Shown here in pieces: positions 1 to 11,387 of a stretch of DNA of 64,000 nucleotides. The first letter of the stretch is position 1, and every line of letters begins with the position of its first letter. Origin of the DNA: Promethearchaeota archaeon (GTDB lineage: Archaea; Asgardarchaeota; Lokiarchaeia; Sigyniarchaeales; SOKP01); NCBI GenBank assembly GCA_011364975.1, contig RDOE01000004.1, positions 1 through 64,000 on the forward strand, read 5' to 3'. Below the pieces are notes generated by a model, which was not told the DNA's origin, did no database searches, and worked only from the letters and a program-made list of their open reading frames with translations. A program made the translations under genes and the position numbers.

Positions 1-2
1 CT

Positions 3-1094
3 GAAGAATTATTAACCACCATTACTCAAGTATCATCAATGGAATTTAAAGAAAGAAAAGGCTATATTAATTTACATAAGGGTGGATATTACTTTAATAT
101 TGGTGATTTAAACCAATCTTTAAAGTATACGGGTGAAGCTTTAACCATTGCCAAAGAAATAAAAAATAAAAAACTAATAATGCGTGCAATAAAACTACGT
201 AATTTTAATAATTATTATAAAGGCGAATTATTTCATAATGTCGAATATATCAAACAATATTTGACTCTTGCAGAGGAATTAAATGATAAGCAAGAAATTA
301 TTGGAGGCCTTAACAGTATGGGAATGTTTTTCACTGAAAAGGGAGACTTTGATAAAGCACTTGGTTATTTAGAGAAAGGTTTATCATTATGCGATGAGAC
401 AAATAGTTTTAAAACAATAGTACTTCTCTCCTCTCTTTTTGATCTTTACCTCAATATGGATAATTTTGAGAAAGCTCAGCAATATTTGGACCGTATGAAA
501 GAATTCGGAAAAAAAACCGAATTTAAAGCTTCGGGTAGTTTTTATAGGCTTTCAAAAGCAATGATATTGAAAAAAAACCAAGAAAAGATTAATCAATTAA
601 AAGCAAAGGAAATATTAAAGCAACTTATTGATGAAGAAAATCCCTTTTCTGGGCTTTATTACCCTACACTCATAGAATTATGTGATCTCTATTTAACAGA
701 ATTACGTGAAACAAACGATTTAAAAGTAATAGATGAGATTAATCCATATATTACTCAATTAAAGGAAATAGCTGAAAATCAACAAGCATTTTGGCTTCTT
801 GTTGAAGTGCTTTCATTACAAGCTAAGTTGAAATTAATAATCTTTGAATTTAAAGAAGCCCAAACATTATTAAACCAAGCTCAGGATACTGCTGAAAAAT
901 TTAGTCTAAACCGATTGGCTAAACGAATAACAAAGGAACAAGATCATTTATCTAAAAATTTTATCAAATGGGAAAAAATGAAGATTTCAAGAGAAAATTT
1001 ATCTATGAGAATGGATTTAGCGCGCATAGATGAACAAATAAAACTTTTACTCCGGAAGCGAATTTATATGAAGAATGTCAATAATCAAGTGTAA
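3..1094 (+). CDS. TPR-repeat protein (Lokiarchaeal type), probably 5'-truncated by the window edge
   Basis: Frame is open from position 3 into ORF 39..1094. TPR-like helical repeats (e.g. LNSMGMFFTEKGDFDKALGYLEKGLSL). Confidence 0.8.
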   Translation, partial: EELLTTITQVSSMEFKERKGYINLHKGGYYFNIGDLNQSLKYTGEALTIAKEIKNKKLIMRAIKLRNFNNYYKGELFHNVEYIKQYLTLAEELNDKQEIIGGLNSMGMFFTEKGDFDKALGYLEKGLSLCDETNSFKTIVLLSSLFDLYLNMDNFEKAQQYLDRMKEFGKKTEFKASGSFYRLSKAMILKKNQEKINQLKAKEILKQLIDEENPFSGLYYPTLIELCDLYLTELRETNDLKVIDEINPYITQLKEIAENQQAFWLLVEVLSLQAKLKLIIFEFKEAQTLLNQAQDTAEKFSLNRLAKRITKEQDHLSKNFIKWEKMKISRENLSMRMDLARIDEQIKLLLRKRIYMKNVNNQV

Positions 1095-1231
1095 TAAGTC
1101 ATGAAATATCTTATATAAAATTCAAATAAATCCTTCTTCCTTAAAGTAATCTAATTATAAATAAAATATTAAATAACTTCCCCTCATAATATCTATAAGA
1201 TTGTGAATTTTGAATATATTTTGATGAGATA

Positions 1232-2281
1232 ATGAAGATAGCGAGATATTATAATAATAATGATATAAGACTAGATGAAATGCCAAAACCAACCATAGGA
1301 CCAGGTGAATTATTAGTAAAAGTAAAAAAATCGGGTATTTGTGGTTCTGATATTTTAGAATATTATCGATTTGCTAAAATGAAGAAACTTGGGGTAGATA
1401 ATCTTATTCTTGGGCATGAGATAGCAGGAGATATTGTTGAGGTTGGAGAAGGTGTAAAGCGTTACAAAAAGGGAGATAAAGTGTTTGTATCTCATCATGT
1501 ACCCTGTTTTGAATGCCATTATTGCCGACAAGGGCATCATACAGCATGCAATCTTTTACATAACACTAATTATGACCCTGGTGGTTTTTCTGAATATGTA
1601 AGAATTCCTTCAATAAATATAGAAAAGAAAGGAGTTATCCAATTAGACAAATCTGTTTCTTATGAGGAAGGCGTATTTATTGAGCCTTTAGGTTGCGTTT
1701 GTAGAGCTCAAAGGTTAGCTAATGTTAAGAAAGGTCTAACAGTGGTGATTATAGGGAGTGGCGTATCAGGTATTCTTCATGTACAACTAGCAAAGCTACG
1801 AGGTGCAGAAAAGGTATTCGCTACTGATATTAATGAATATCGACTTAATAAAGCTAAAGAGTTCGGAGCTGATGCTATATTTAATGCAACTGAAGACATA
1901 CCCACAAAAATAAAGAAACTCAATAACACACTTCTAGCAGATATAGTTATAGTGTGTACTGGTGCGCTTTCAGCAGCAAATCAAGCATTAAAGAGTGTCG
2001 CTCCGGGTGGAACAATCATTTTTTTTGCGGTTCCAGAACCTGGTGTGATGCTACAGGTTCCTATCAATGAATATTGGCGCAACGAGATTACTATTATGAC
2101 CTCTTACGGAGCTGCACCTGATGATCTTCAAGAAGCTTATACTTGGATTTTAGCAAAGAGAATAAAAGTGAGTAATCTAATAACTCATAGATTTTCACTT
2201 AGCAATGCACTTGAAGCATTCAAAGTAGTTTGTGAAGCAGATAAATCATTAAAAGTCATATTAGAGCCTGAGCGAGAATAA
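1232..2281 (+). CDS. Zn-dependent medium-chain alcohol/polyol dehydrogenase
   Basis: GICGSD, LGHE, structural Zn CxxCxxC...C, and GSGVSG Rossmann motif. Confidence 0.9.
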   Translation: MKIARYYNNNDIRLDEMPKPTIGPGELLVKVKKSGICGSDILEYYRFAKMKKLGVDNLILGHEIAGDIVEVGEGVKRYKKGDKVFVSHHVPCFECHYCRQGHHTACNLLHNTNYDPGGFSEYVRIPSINIEKKGVIQLDKSVSYEEGVFIEPLGCVCRAQRLANVKKGLTVVIIGSGVSGILHVQLAKLRGAEKVFATDINEYRLNKAKEFGADAIFNATEDIPTKIKKLNNTLLADIVIVCTGALSAANQALKSVAPGGTIIFFAVPEPGVMLQVPINEYWRNEITIMTSYGAAPDDLQEAYTWILAKRIKVSNLITHRFSLSNALEAFKVVCEADKSLKVILEPERE

Positions 2282-2291
2282 ATTAAATTCG

Positions 2292-3254
2292 TTAAATATT
2301 AAAATATTTACTTTTTTCCATATGTTTCCCTATTATTATCGATTCCCATAAGGTATAAATTTCCAACATAAAGCCATTCATCTTTTTTTTTGGAAAAAAC
2401 AAATCTATTTTAAGTAATTCATTTAAATTTTCATCTGATATTGTTTTAAGTTTTAGTTCTAAAATTGCTTGATCAACAATCTTTTGATTTTCTACAATAC
2501 GCTTAAGCATATATGAAAAGGGAGTTATATCAGGATTTTTAATAATATTTGAATGGCTCGAAGTAAGTAAATCGGCTTTTTCAAGAAACATACTTTCAAC
2601 TAACTTGATATCATCTATATATTGATCAATAGAACATTCCTCAAATCCATACCATGGACCAAATCCTTTACTTTCTGGAGACATAAGGTCATAACCTAAG
2701 CAACTAATGTGTAGGATTCTTTCTTTCGGGATAAAAAAGCCTACATGTGCTTTCGAATGACCACGAAGCGGTATTGTTTCAATACTTAAATTTTCAAATT
2801 CAAAAGTATCTCCAGAATTAAATGGTAATACATTATTACAAGGTAGATATCTGTTAATCTCTGCAAATTGCTGAATAGCTGAAAAATTCATAGCTTTATC
2901 AAATCCATACCCCGTAAAAAAATTATGTAAATCCAACAAGTAAGTACCTACTGGATGAGGAGCATAAATTTTAACCCCTAAAGCATCCCATTGATGAACA
3001 TGGGTTATATGATCCATATGGCCATGAGAGCAAATATAATCAGATACGGGCCCAAAAATTTCATTAATTTTAATTATTAAATCTGGTTCAATATTCAAAT
3101 CCAATACAATTGCAGTAGAATTCCTTCCTTTTTTTGGCAAAATAATAAGACCATCACAACAAGAAAAGTAGTGAGGAGGCCTAATTTGATGAACCAATAA
3201 GATATCATCCTTAACTTTGCTTATATCTAGATTTCTAATTTTACTAATACTCAT
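2292..3254 (-). CDS. Metallo-beta-lactamase-fold hydrolase
   Basis: SHGHMDH (HxHxDH) motif and a downstream GHS motif. Confidence 0.85.
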   Translation of the reverse strand: MSISKIRNLDISKVKDDILLVHQIRPPHYFSCCDGLIILPKKGRNSTAIVLDLNIEPDLIIKINEIFGPVSDYICSHGHMDHITHVHQWDALGVKIYAPHPVGTYLLDLHNFFTGYGFDKAMNFSAIQQFAEINRYLPCNNVLPFNSGDTFEFENLSIETIPLRGHSKAHVGFFIPKERILHISCLGYDLMSPESKGFGPWYGFEECSIDQYIDDIKLVESMFLEKADLLTSSHSNIIKNPDITPFSYMLKRIVENQKIVDQAILELKLKTISDENLNELLKIDLFFPKKKMNGFMLEIYTLWESIIIGKHMEKSKYFNI

Positions 3255-3343
3255 AATTTATGGTCTTAAGGAATCCTAATATAAATATTCAATATGAAAA
3301 AGCATGGAAAAAATAAAAAGAAATCTATATATGAAAAAATAGG

Positions 3344-6300
3344 TTATAAATCTGGTATTAATTTAAGTAACGTAGCTACAGCACTTCCAATTTCTGTGGT
3401 TTGATTTAACTCATTAATAAGATGAAGACTCTTTAGCTTTTCAATAGTTTTATCTATATCTTTTGATAATTTGAGATTTCTTTTATTTAAATATTTATTA
3501 ATTTTCATAATGTCTGTAGAGCCATCAAATATTGCAAATAGAATGTTTTTATCATCAGAATCCATGTGTTTTATATATTTTTGAAATTCGGCGATTAAAT
3601 AATTTGTACGGGGATTGATTGCAAAGACAACTTTATCAGACTTAAGTTTTTGGATGCTCTCAAAAGATTTAATTTCCTCTATGCCTTTTGTTTTAAGATG
3701 GTTGATTAATTCTCGTAAGTAAAAGTTAGATTCGAAATCTTCACTGCGAGCTATTACTATTATTTTTTTATCTACGTTATTTGGCATTGATGATTTGAGA
3801 TAATCTTGGACTTTAGTCTCTACGATTTGATGAGGATATAATAAGTCAGCTTCGAAAATATCCTCAATCATTTTTGTTACAGATGCGTCATCAAATACTT
3901 CACCAGAAAAGCTAATAAGTCTCTCCTTATAAACTTCTTCAAAAAAATGGTTAAAGAACTTAAGTTTCTCTTTTAAACTATTACTTGGGCGTCTTAAAAG
4001 GAGAAGTGCAACTCTAGTATATTTACCTTCATTAAGTATAATTTTAAATTGTCTATAAGATAGCTCTTCTAATCCACCTACTCCTTCAGTAATCTTTGAA
4101 CCAATTTCTTGTCCAAATGAGGAAATGGCACTTAAAAAACCGGATATTAATGTCTCATCTATTGGTACATCCGCCAGACTTTTGCTAAAGCATGGGACTC
4201 CTCCATCACTAGTTAGAATGATTATATATGGGATATTTTCCACATCAGATAATTTTTGATAAAGATTTTTCAAAGCTTCCACTTTCCTGCGTCTTTTTGG
4301 AACAACAACACCACGATGTATGATAAAGATAAAAGCAACCAAAATTCCAACGGCAATTATGATATAAGGTACAAGATCTAGAAAGATTATGAATTCATTT
4401 ATTACTCTGAAATTAGCGGAAGTTAATTGTGCGCTCTCATAATATTCTTCTCCAATATAATCAACTTTAATTTTATAATTATTTCCTACGGATAGGTCTA
4501 AAGATCCAATTGCAATGCCATTTTCACAAATAGCAGTGAAATTATATATCAAATTATCATCATTATCTAGAATTTGAAAAAGGATAAATAACCCATCCAA
4601 CGGATTACCTAATTCATCGGTTACCCAAACTTCAAAAGAATAAGTACCATACATATATTGAGTTTGAGGAGGTTCTCTAAATTCCAGTTGGACTTGGATT
4701 TTTGGACTTATAGGAAAGCTAAAATTTAAAGAATACCCCTCTATTTTATTCGTCCCATCAAAAACAATGGTTAAATTTAAATCACCAGTAAAAGAGTTTG
4801 GTATGCCGTATAAATAAACTAGCGTATTATTTTCCCCAATTAATCCCGTATAAATTTCTATAGTTGTTCCATATCTGAAAGTAAAAAATATCGGAAGATT
4901 CTGGAGGATTATTGAACTATTTTCACAATAAAGATGTATTTCAAATCTTATAGTTTGACCAAATCTCATGACACTTGGTAATGGTTGCATGCTAAAGTTT
5001 GAAGTCCACTTTGGTTGGATTAGATCAAACTTTGAGGTGATATTATAAGCCACTGTGGTTGATCCGAGGTATTCGAAATATATTGTCAGATTCATCTTCC
5101 CATTAGCTATTTCCGGTATTTCATTATAACATAAACCGTTCTCATCTGTGTAAAGTTGATTGGTGACAAATGGGATATCAAGTTGATCATCATAATATGC
5201 TGAAAAGAAAATTATTCGATTTTGAAGAGATTCACTCCCTTCTGTTATATTTATTTGTAAAGCATATCTAGCAGAATATCCAACTCTTAATACATTTGGA
5301 TATTGAATAATGTTTAACATTATAGGTATTTTTCCTTGAATAATTTTCGTGATTTTCGCCGAAGATGCTGCAATACTGCTCTGTCCTTGATAATATGCAT
5401 GGATAGTTATGTTCTGTCCTTTATATTGTTGAGGTATAATATATTGATAAGTGCTAATACCTTCGATATTTGTAATAGTTGTTATTATAAAATTCTCTGT
5501 TAGACCTACACTTATATTTAGATAAATGATTTGTCCTTGTATTGGGGTTGAATTTATAGCATAAGTTAATGTTGTTCTTATCTGAAACTCTTTTAATATT
5601 CTTAAAGTGGTCGGAATTGAAATATCTAAAAGAGTAGCATCTTGAGGCAATATCGTAAAATTAATAATGTTACTTTGGCTATCTGCACAATTAATAGAAG
5701 AACCATTGATATATATTGCATAACCTCCCGGTAAAAGACCCGATAGGTAAATTTGTTTCTGGTAAACCCCACTCATTAAGAATCCCAAAGATCCATTGAG
5801 TTTGAATGTTGTTCCTTGATATATATAATATGTTAAGTTAGCATTATTGTTTGGCTTTGGATTGAGGGGATCGATTTTATTAACAATAGTAGCGGTTGCT
5901 AAGATATTACCTTCTGCATATATCGGTTGAATATTTTGCAGTGAAATTTGAGTAGGAATTTTATCAATGAAGATAGTAATATTTACGTGTTTTATATCAT
6001 AACCACTGGCGGAACATCTGATTTTTAAAGTTTCATTTTCAACAAACTGAGAATCCACTTTTTTAGTAGCATTTAATCCTGTTGTGTTCAATGTAAGATC
6101 ATATAATCCATTTCCGATTTCTACAGCTTTAAAATAATTTTCAGTCATACCAATAGTACCAAGGACCAAACCTCCTGTTACAGGAATACCACCATCAGTT
6201 AAGTTGACCCGAATCATACTATTAATGGTATCATTAACATAAGGAATATTATTAGACGATAAAACCCACTTCGAGTCTATTTCAGATGCGCCTGATACTA

Positions 6301-9109
6301 TATTAAATTCGAAAAAATTTTCTGCTATAATCTTAAGAGAAGTGGTTAATACTTGCGTTTCATGAAGATATTTAGAAAACACAAAATAAATAGGATAAGT
6401 ACCATTTGGGGCTCCTTCTGTGTATAGAGGAATCGAATAATTGCCTTGCCCTAAATAGGAGATATAACCAACTTGATAGGAACCAGTCCACACTCTTCCC
6501 CATAATCTAAGAGTTCCTGTAGAATTTTCATACACCTGTATCGTTGCACCAGATATCCCCCATCCTAAGTAAGTGGAATAATTGATCCCGAAATAGGCGG
6601 TCTCTCCAGAGGATACTTGGCTAATCAATGAAGAAAATTCAGCATGAGTCTTATTAAGGATAAAAAACTCCATAATATAAGAACCAAATCGTAAAGCTTT
6701 ACCAGTTTCAAGGTAATTTGAGGTGTCATTCCAAAGAAATCGCAAATAATACTTCCCAATAGCATATTTTTCATCTAAATTTAGATTACCCTCTATTTTA
6801 TCGTTATTTGAAGGAAAATGTTGAGGAAATTCGTTTAATAAGTTGCCAATTCCGTTGTATAGTTCAATCGTATAATTACCCATAGTAGATTCAAGCAAAC
6901 TAAGATTATATAATATTGAATTATAAGAATAAAAAGCTGGTAAACTCGAATATAGCACTGTGTTGTTAAACTTACCTGAAATAATGTAATTAGGTTGATA
7001 TCCACGTAATGTCCAATTTCCAAGCCTAAATGCACTAAAAATCGTAGCACTTTGAAGATTAAGGCTTGGTGTATGATTAAAAAGGAATAGATTCTCAGTA
7101 AAATCTGTTAAAGTGGGAGTTAATGCTTCGAAAATCTCCCAGTTTATACTATTTGATGCGTTTAAATCAAAAGCAGGCATATCAAGATATGAAATTGCAT
7201 ATCCAGATAAATTAAAGTATGGAGTATAATTCGCATAAAGCAATTGATTATAGGAAAAGCTATTGTCATATTTAATGTTCCATATACCTCTATCAGCGTT
7301 AGATCCAGGTATTGAATAACTAGCAAAAGCTCCTAATGGTGTTTCAAAAGTGATTGCTAAACTTGATTTAAAGTTTAGGTATAATTTATCTTCTAAACTT
7401 AAATTATAAGTTAAAAATTGGAAACTATGTTCCGATCCTCCAATCCAATCGGAAATATTGATATAATGTACTCCCTCTGTGACATTATCCCATATAGGGG
7501 CGTTATCAGTATTGATATATAAACGTGAATTAGAAATGGTTTGTTTGTAATTTATTGTAAAATAAACATCATCTAGATACGAGATGTAATCTATTTCATT
7601 ATAATAATTGTTTTCAAATGCTACTCCGATTTTGAAGGCCAAATTATTTACCTTTAGGAGTTCTTCATATTCCTGGGAAAGACTAAAGCTCATATGGTGC
7701 CACGGTGTACCAGAATAATCATCATAACTAACCTCTGCCATCGAAAAAGGAAGAACCCTTACATTTTGATAATTACTAGTTTCCAAGTCTCCAAGATAAA
7801 GGACTATAGAAGCATCATTATCAAATTTAAAGGGATTTACTCCAGTACCATCAACATCAATTAATTTATAGCTGTAATCTAAACGAGCAACTTCATATTT
7901 CGTTGTGGTATTATAAAGGATTTCTATTGATTCAAAATTAACAGAAATTAAATCTTCATCTCCTCCATGGCTTGGAGCTCTAGCCCAAGCTCCAAAGTCA
8001 AATTTATTTATTCCAACTAATCCATTGATTAAATTAGTTATGTTATAGGTACGCGATATAGTGCCATGATTGACATGGCCTATAATTTCTGGATTATTAT
8101 ATACCATTAGAGCAGTATCAGAACCATTATAAGGTATTTCTCCTTCCTTTGAAATCCAATTATTTCCATTGATGTACTTATTATTAATCCGAGCAATAAT
8201 TTCATATTTATCTTCGGTTTCAAAGGTAGACTGTTCATCAAGACTCCATGTAATAGTCATTTGAGCATAATCTGCCTCATATGGTACTAAAATGTAATAC
8301 CACCAAGCCGCTGAAGGGTTTCCTCCAAAAGAGTAACTACTTGGATCAATAATAAGCTTCAAACTTGAGAGTGATTCCTCGTAATATAAGTCTATGAAAT
8401 CATAAAGAGGTTTGTAAATTCCACCATAAGGGCTTTCTGAATCCTTATAAAATCCTGGATTTGTGTTAAAAGAGTTAAAGTTTAATATAGTTTGATCTTC
8501 TTTCTGTATGATCCTCCCTCTTTGAATGGGTAAACTCTGAGGATTTATATCCAGTAAATTCTGTGTCCAAAAGGCAAAATCACCGGGGTAGAAAGCAGGG
8601 GTGCTTCTATCCTTGCTGTTATAGATTCTTGTTCTCCCATAATTATAATCCTTTAAATCGTATTGTATAAAATACCCATCACCACTCTGTCTTTTTTCTG
8701 TCCCCCAAAAATCGTATTCATATTCAAAGGGAGAATCTTGAACTATTTGTTGTTTTGAATATGGTTCAATTTCAAATTGCATCGAAGATGCATTCCATAA
8801 GTTGGGTGTAGTGATGTTAAAGTAATTATTTGGGACTGCGAGATGATCGTTTTCAGTAATTGTACTAGTAGCATTTTCAAGGGTTTTAAAATGAGTAGTA
8901 TTAATTTTATTATATCCTCCTATATCCCCAGAAATGTCAGATGAATGATAGAAACCTGGTTCATATGCAGGATCAAAATTCTGAGTATAATTATTATTAT
9001 TTAAATCAACAATACATTCATTAAATTTAGACCCTTCAGAAATAACAAGAAATAAACAAAAAATAAATCCCATAATTGCGAATTGTGTAACTTTTTTATT
9101 TTTCTGCAA
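3344..9109 (-). CDS. 1921-aa single-pass surface protein: signal peptide, beta-rich/Ig-like ectodomain, TM helix, cytoplasmic longin/roadblock-like and winged-helix-like tail
   Basis: N-terminal hydrophobic segment and many N-x-S/T sequons. TM segment LVPYIIIAVGILVAFIFII followed by KRRRK, then GGVPCFSK...LISGFLSAISSFGQEI. Confidence 0.8.
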   Translation of the reverse strand: MQKNKKVTQFAIMGFIFCLFLVISEGSKFNECIVDLNNNNYTQNFDPAYEPGFYHSSDISGDIGGYNKINTTHFKTLENATSTITENDHLAVPNNYFNITTPNLWNASSMQFEIEPYSKQQIVQDSPFEYEYDFWGTEKRQSGDGYFIQYDLKDYNYGRTRIYNSKDRSTPAFYPGDFAFWTQNLLDINPQSLPIQRGRIIQKEDQTILNFNSFNTNPGFYKDSESPYGGIYKPLYDFIDLYYEESLSSLKLIIDPSSYSFGGNPSAAWWYYILVPYEADYAQMTITWSLDEQSTFETEDKYEIIARINNKYINGNNWISKEGEIPYNGSDTALMVYNNPEIIGHVNHGTISRTYNITNLINGLVGINKFDFGAWARAPSHGGDEDLISVNFESIEILYNTTTKYEVARLDYSYKLIDVDGTGVNPFKFDNDASIVLYLGDLETSNYQNVRVLPFSMAEVSYDDYSGTPWHHMSFSLSQEYEELLKVNNLAFKIGVAFENNYYNEIDYISYLDDVYFTINYKQTISNSRLYINTDNAPIWDNVTEGVHYINISDWIGGSEHSFQFLTYNLSLEDKLYLNFKSSLAITFETPLGAFASYSIPGSNADRGIWNIKYDNSFSYNQLLYANYTPYFNLSGYAISYLDMPAFDLNASNSINWEIFEALTPTLTDFTENLFLFNHTPSLNLQSATIFSAFRLGNWTLRGYQPNYIISGKFNNTVLYSSLPAFYSYNSILYNLSLLESTMGNYTIELYNGIGNLLNEFPQHFPSNNDKIEGNLNLDEKYAIGKYYLRFLWNDTSNYLETGKALRFGSYIMEFFILNKTHAEFSSLISQVSSGETAYFGINYSTYLGWGISGATIQVYENSTGTLRLWGRVWTGSYQVGYISYLGQGNYSIPLYTEGAPNGTYPIYFVFSKYLHETQVLTTSLKIIAENFFEFNIVSGASEIDSKWVLSSNNIPYVNDTINSMIRVNLTDGGIPVTGGLVLGTIGMTENYFKAVEIGNGLYDLTLNTTGLNATKKVDSQFVENETLKIRCSASGYDIKHVNITIFIDKIPTQISLQNIQPIYAEGNILATATIVNKIDPLNPKPNNNANLTYYIYQGTTFKLNGSLGFLMSGVYQKQIYLSGLLPGGYAIYINGSSINCADSQSNIINFTILPQDATLLDISIPTTLRILKEFQIRTTLTYAINSTPIQGQIIYLNISVGLTENFIITTITNIEGISTYQYIIPQQYKGQNITIHAYYQGQSSIAASSAKITKIIQGKIPIMLNIIQYPNVLRVGYSARYALQINITEGSESLQNRIIFFSAYYDDQLDIPFVTNQLYTDENGLCYNEIPEIANGKMNLTIYFEYLGSTTVAYNITSKFDLIQPKWTSNFSMQPLPSVMRFGQTIRFEIHLYCENSSIILQNLPIFFTFRYGTTIEIYTGLIGENNTLVYLYGIPNSFTGDLNLTIVFDGTNKIEGYSLNFSFPISPKIQVQLEFREPPQTQYMYGTYSFEVWVTDELGNPLDGLFILFQILDNDDNLIYNFTAICENGIAIGSLDLSVGNNYKIKVDYIGEEYYESAQLTSANFRVINEFIIFLDLVPYIIIAVGILVAFIFIIHRGVVVPKRRRKVEALKNLYQKLSDVENIPYIIILTSDGGVPCFSKSLADVPIDETLISGFLSAISSFGQEIGSKITEGVGGLEELSYRQFKIILNEGKYTRVALLLLRRPSNSLKEKLKFFNHFFEEVYKERLISFSGEVFDDASVTKMIEDIFEADLLYPHQIVETKVQDYLKSSMPNNVDKKIIVIARSEDFESNFYLRELINHLKTKGIEEIKSFESIQKLKSDKVVFAINPRTNYLIAEFQKYIKHMDSDDKNILFAIFDGSTDIMKINKYLNKRNLKLSKDIDKTIEKLKSLHLINELNQTTEIGSAVATLLKLIPDL

Positions 9110-9406
9110 TATATACCACCCCTTTTCATGATATCAAGCGATTGTTCCTCTTCTTCTTAATATCATACCTATTAGAACTCATTTATCAAGTAAATATCCA
9201 ATTATTTAAAATTAAGCTAATTTTGACAAAAAAATTTAAATAACCAGAAATTTATTTAATCGCCACAATATGCTTATACTATATGCTATTGTTAAGTTTG
9301 AACGAAAATGAGGTGATTATTACTAAATAAGATTCTAAAAGTAATAAAATTTAGAAATTTTTAATTGGCAATAAAAAAACGGAAAAAAAATAGAAAAAAG
9401 TTAAAT

Positions 9407-10189
9407 TTACAAACCTTTTGGACCATTTTGGTATATATTGTAGGCCTCATCTACGGAGGCATTTTCATGGACGATTGCTCGTACAGCTTTTATCATCCCT
9501 ATAGGACTGTCACTTTGAAAGATATTTCTTCCCATATCAACACCAACGGCACCTTTTTCAATCGCATCTTTAGCCATTTGTAATGCGTCTCTTTCCTCGA
9601 CCTTTTTGCCACCTGCGATTACTACAGGTACAGGACAAATACTGGTGACATTTTCGAAATTCTCACAATAATAGGTTTTTACAAAAGTAGCACCCATTTC
9701 CGCAGCCATTCTACTTGCCATTCCCAAATATCGATCATCTCTAACCATCTCTCTACCAACAGCAGTTACAGCTAAGGTAGGTATTCCATATTCCTGGCCC
9801 CAATTGACTAATTTTGATAAATTCATGAGAGAGTTCTTTTCAAATTCTCCACCAATAAAAATTGAGCATGTAATGGCGGATACGTTTAACCTTATAGCAT
9901 CTTCAATAGTAACATTTATATCCTCATTAGATAATTCTTTTAACATACTTGCACCTGCTGAAACACGAAGAACAATAGGAATATCGTTATCAGGTGAAAC
10001 GCAACTCCTTAACATACCCCGTGTAAGCATTAATGCATCAGCATGTTCAAATAGAGGATTCAGGTCTCCAAAGCATTTCAATTGTCCTGGAACGTTCCCA
10101 AAGTAACCATGATCCACTGCAAGCATTACACAACGCCCTGATTTAGGTTTAATGATTCTCGATAAACGATTATGCATACCCCAATCCAT
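9407..10189 (-). CDS. lsrF: LsrF-like class I aldolase/thiolase (DhnA family)
   Basis: MDWGMHNRLSRI, MLAVDHGYF, FVKTYY Schiff-base Lys, VIAGG, and GVDMGRNIFQS. Confidence 0.85.
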   Translation of the reverse strand: MDWGMHNRLSRIIKPKSGRCVMLAVDHGYFGNVPGQLKCFGDLNPLFEHADALMLTRGMLRSCVSPDNDIPIVLRVSAGASMLKELSNEDINVTIEDAIRLNVSAITCSIFIGGEFEKNSLMNLSKLVNWGQEYGIPTLAVTAVGREMVRDDRYLGMASRMAAEMGATFVKTYYCENFENVTSICPVPVVIAGGKKVEERDALQMAKDAIEKGAVGVDMGRNIFQSDSPIGMIKAVRAIVHENASVDEAYNIYQNGPKGL

Positions 10190-10345
10190 ACTATTATCAC
10201 ATCAATTAATTTTCTAAATAAATATTTCTTTAAAGAACTAATTAAGTATTAATCTAATATCTTTTTTTTACTTTTCTAAAGAAAATTGAGTACTCCCTTA
10301 CAGAAATAGAGCTAGTATTCTTGTTAATAAAATTAAAAATGTGAC

Positions 10346-11191
10346 TTACTTAATTCTACTGCTAATTTCAGGTGATACTCTTCTTTCTAAAAATTTTTTA
10401 ATTAATGTAACACGATTTTTATTAATAGTGGAAACTATGAGTTTTTCCTTGAGTTTTTTAATCAATTCTTTCTCACTAATGGATCCTGAACTTTCTAAGA
10501 GTGAAGTTGTGAAATCTACATCATTTATAAATTGAGAGATATAATGAGCTAAATATTTCAATTGATCTGTCTTATTGAGTCTTTCTAAAGCACTACTTAA
10601 GATTGATTTTTCAAATTCATTATCAATTTCCCATGGTACTTGGATTATTAATCTGCGGTTGTTAATCAGAAATGCATTTTTTTGCTTATATTTAACCATA
10701 TTATAGAAATAGTCTGCATTTGGGAAAACATATGAATCAAATTCTATATCTTTTATTACATTATCATTCTTATATTCATTTGGTATAGTATTATCTAATA
10801 GATCATTCAAATCCTCCAAACTTATTTCAAGGTCCTCATTTCTCACAATGTAGGTTGGATAATCAAATAATTTAGCATGAATGAATCCTGCTACACAATT
10901 GAATCCAAAAACATCAATTAATTTATCTAAAGATGTCTTTATATCTTCTTTAGGTGGTGATTGTATGGGTTCGACAGATATTGACGCATCAATTAAATCA
11001 TATCCTACAATTTTTCCTTTGGTTGTTATAAATACTATAAAGTTATGACTTTCACATACAGCACCTTGAGGTACTTTAACTTTTACAGTGCCAAATTGTT
11101 TATTGGCAAAAAGGGAATTCGGAATACCAATCTCCTTTCCTTTCCCACATTTTGGGCAAGAAACTTCAAAATTTAGCAATTGTGTTTCCAA
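10346..11191 (-). CDS. Hypothetical protein with N-terminal CPxC...CxxH zinc-binding module (paralog 1)
   Basis: CPKC...VPQGAVCESHNFIVFI. Clear paralog of the next ORF. Confidence 0.75.
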   Translation of the reverse strand: METQLLNFEVSCPKCGKGKEIGIPNSLFANKQFGTVKVKVPQGAVCESHNFIVFITTKGKIVGYDLIDASISVEPIQSPPKEDIKTSLDKLIDVFGFNCVAGFIHAKLFDYPTYIVRNEDLEISLEDLNDLLDNTIPNEYKNDNVIKDIEFDSYVFPNADYFYNMVKYKQKNAFLINNRRLIIQVPWEIDNEFEKSILSSALERLNKTDQLKYLAHYISQFINDVDFTTSLLESSGSISEKELIKKLKEKLIVSTINKNRVTLIKKFLERRVSPEISSRIK

Positions 11192-11387
11192 AATAAACCT
11201 CTACCTCTTAATGATATAGTTTTCTATTATACATTTAGATTAGATAAATAAAAAACAATTATAATATATTCTTATATAACTTGGTAACTACAAATACGAA
11301 GATACTCTTCCTTAAAAAACTTACACATTTGCAAAAAAGGTTTTGATAGATTCTAGATAAACAATCTACTTTATAACTGATTTAAAG

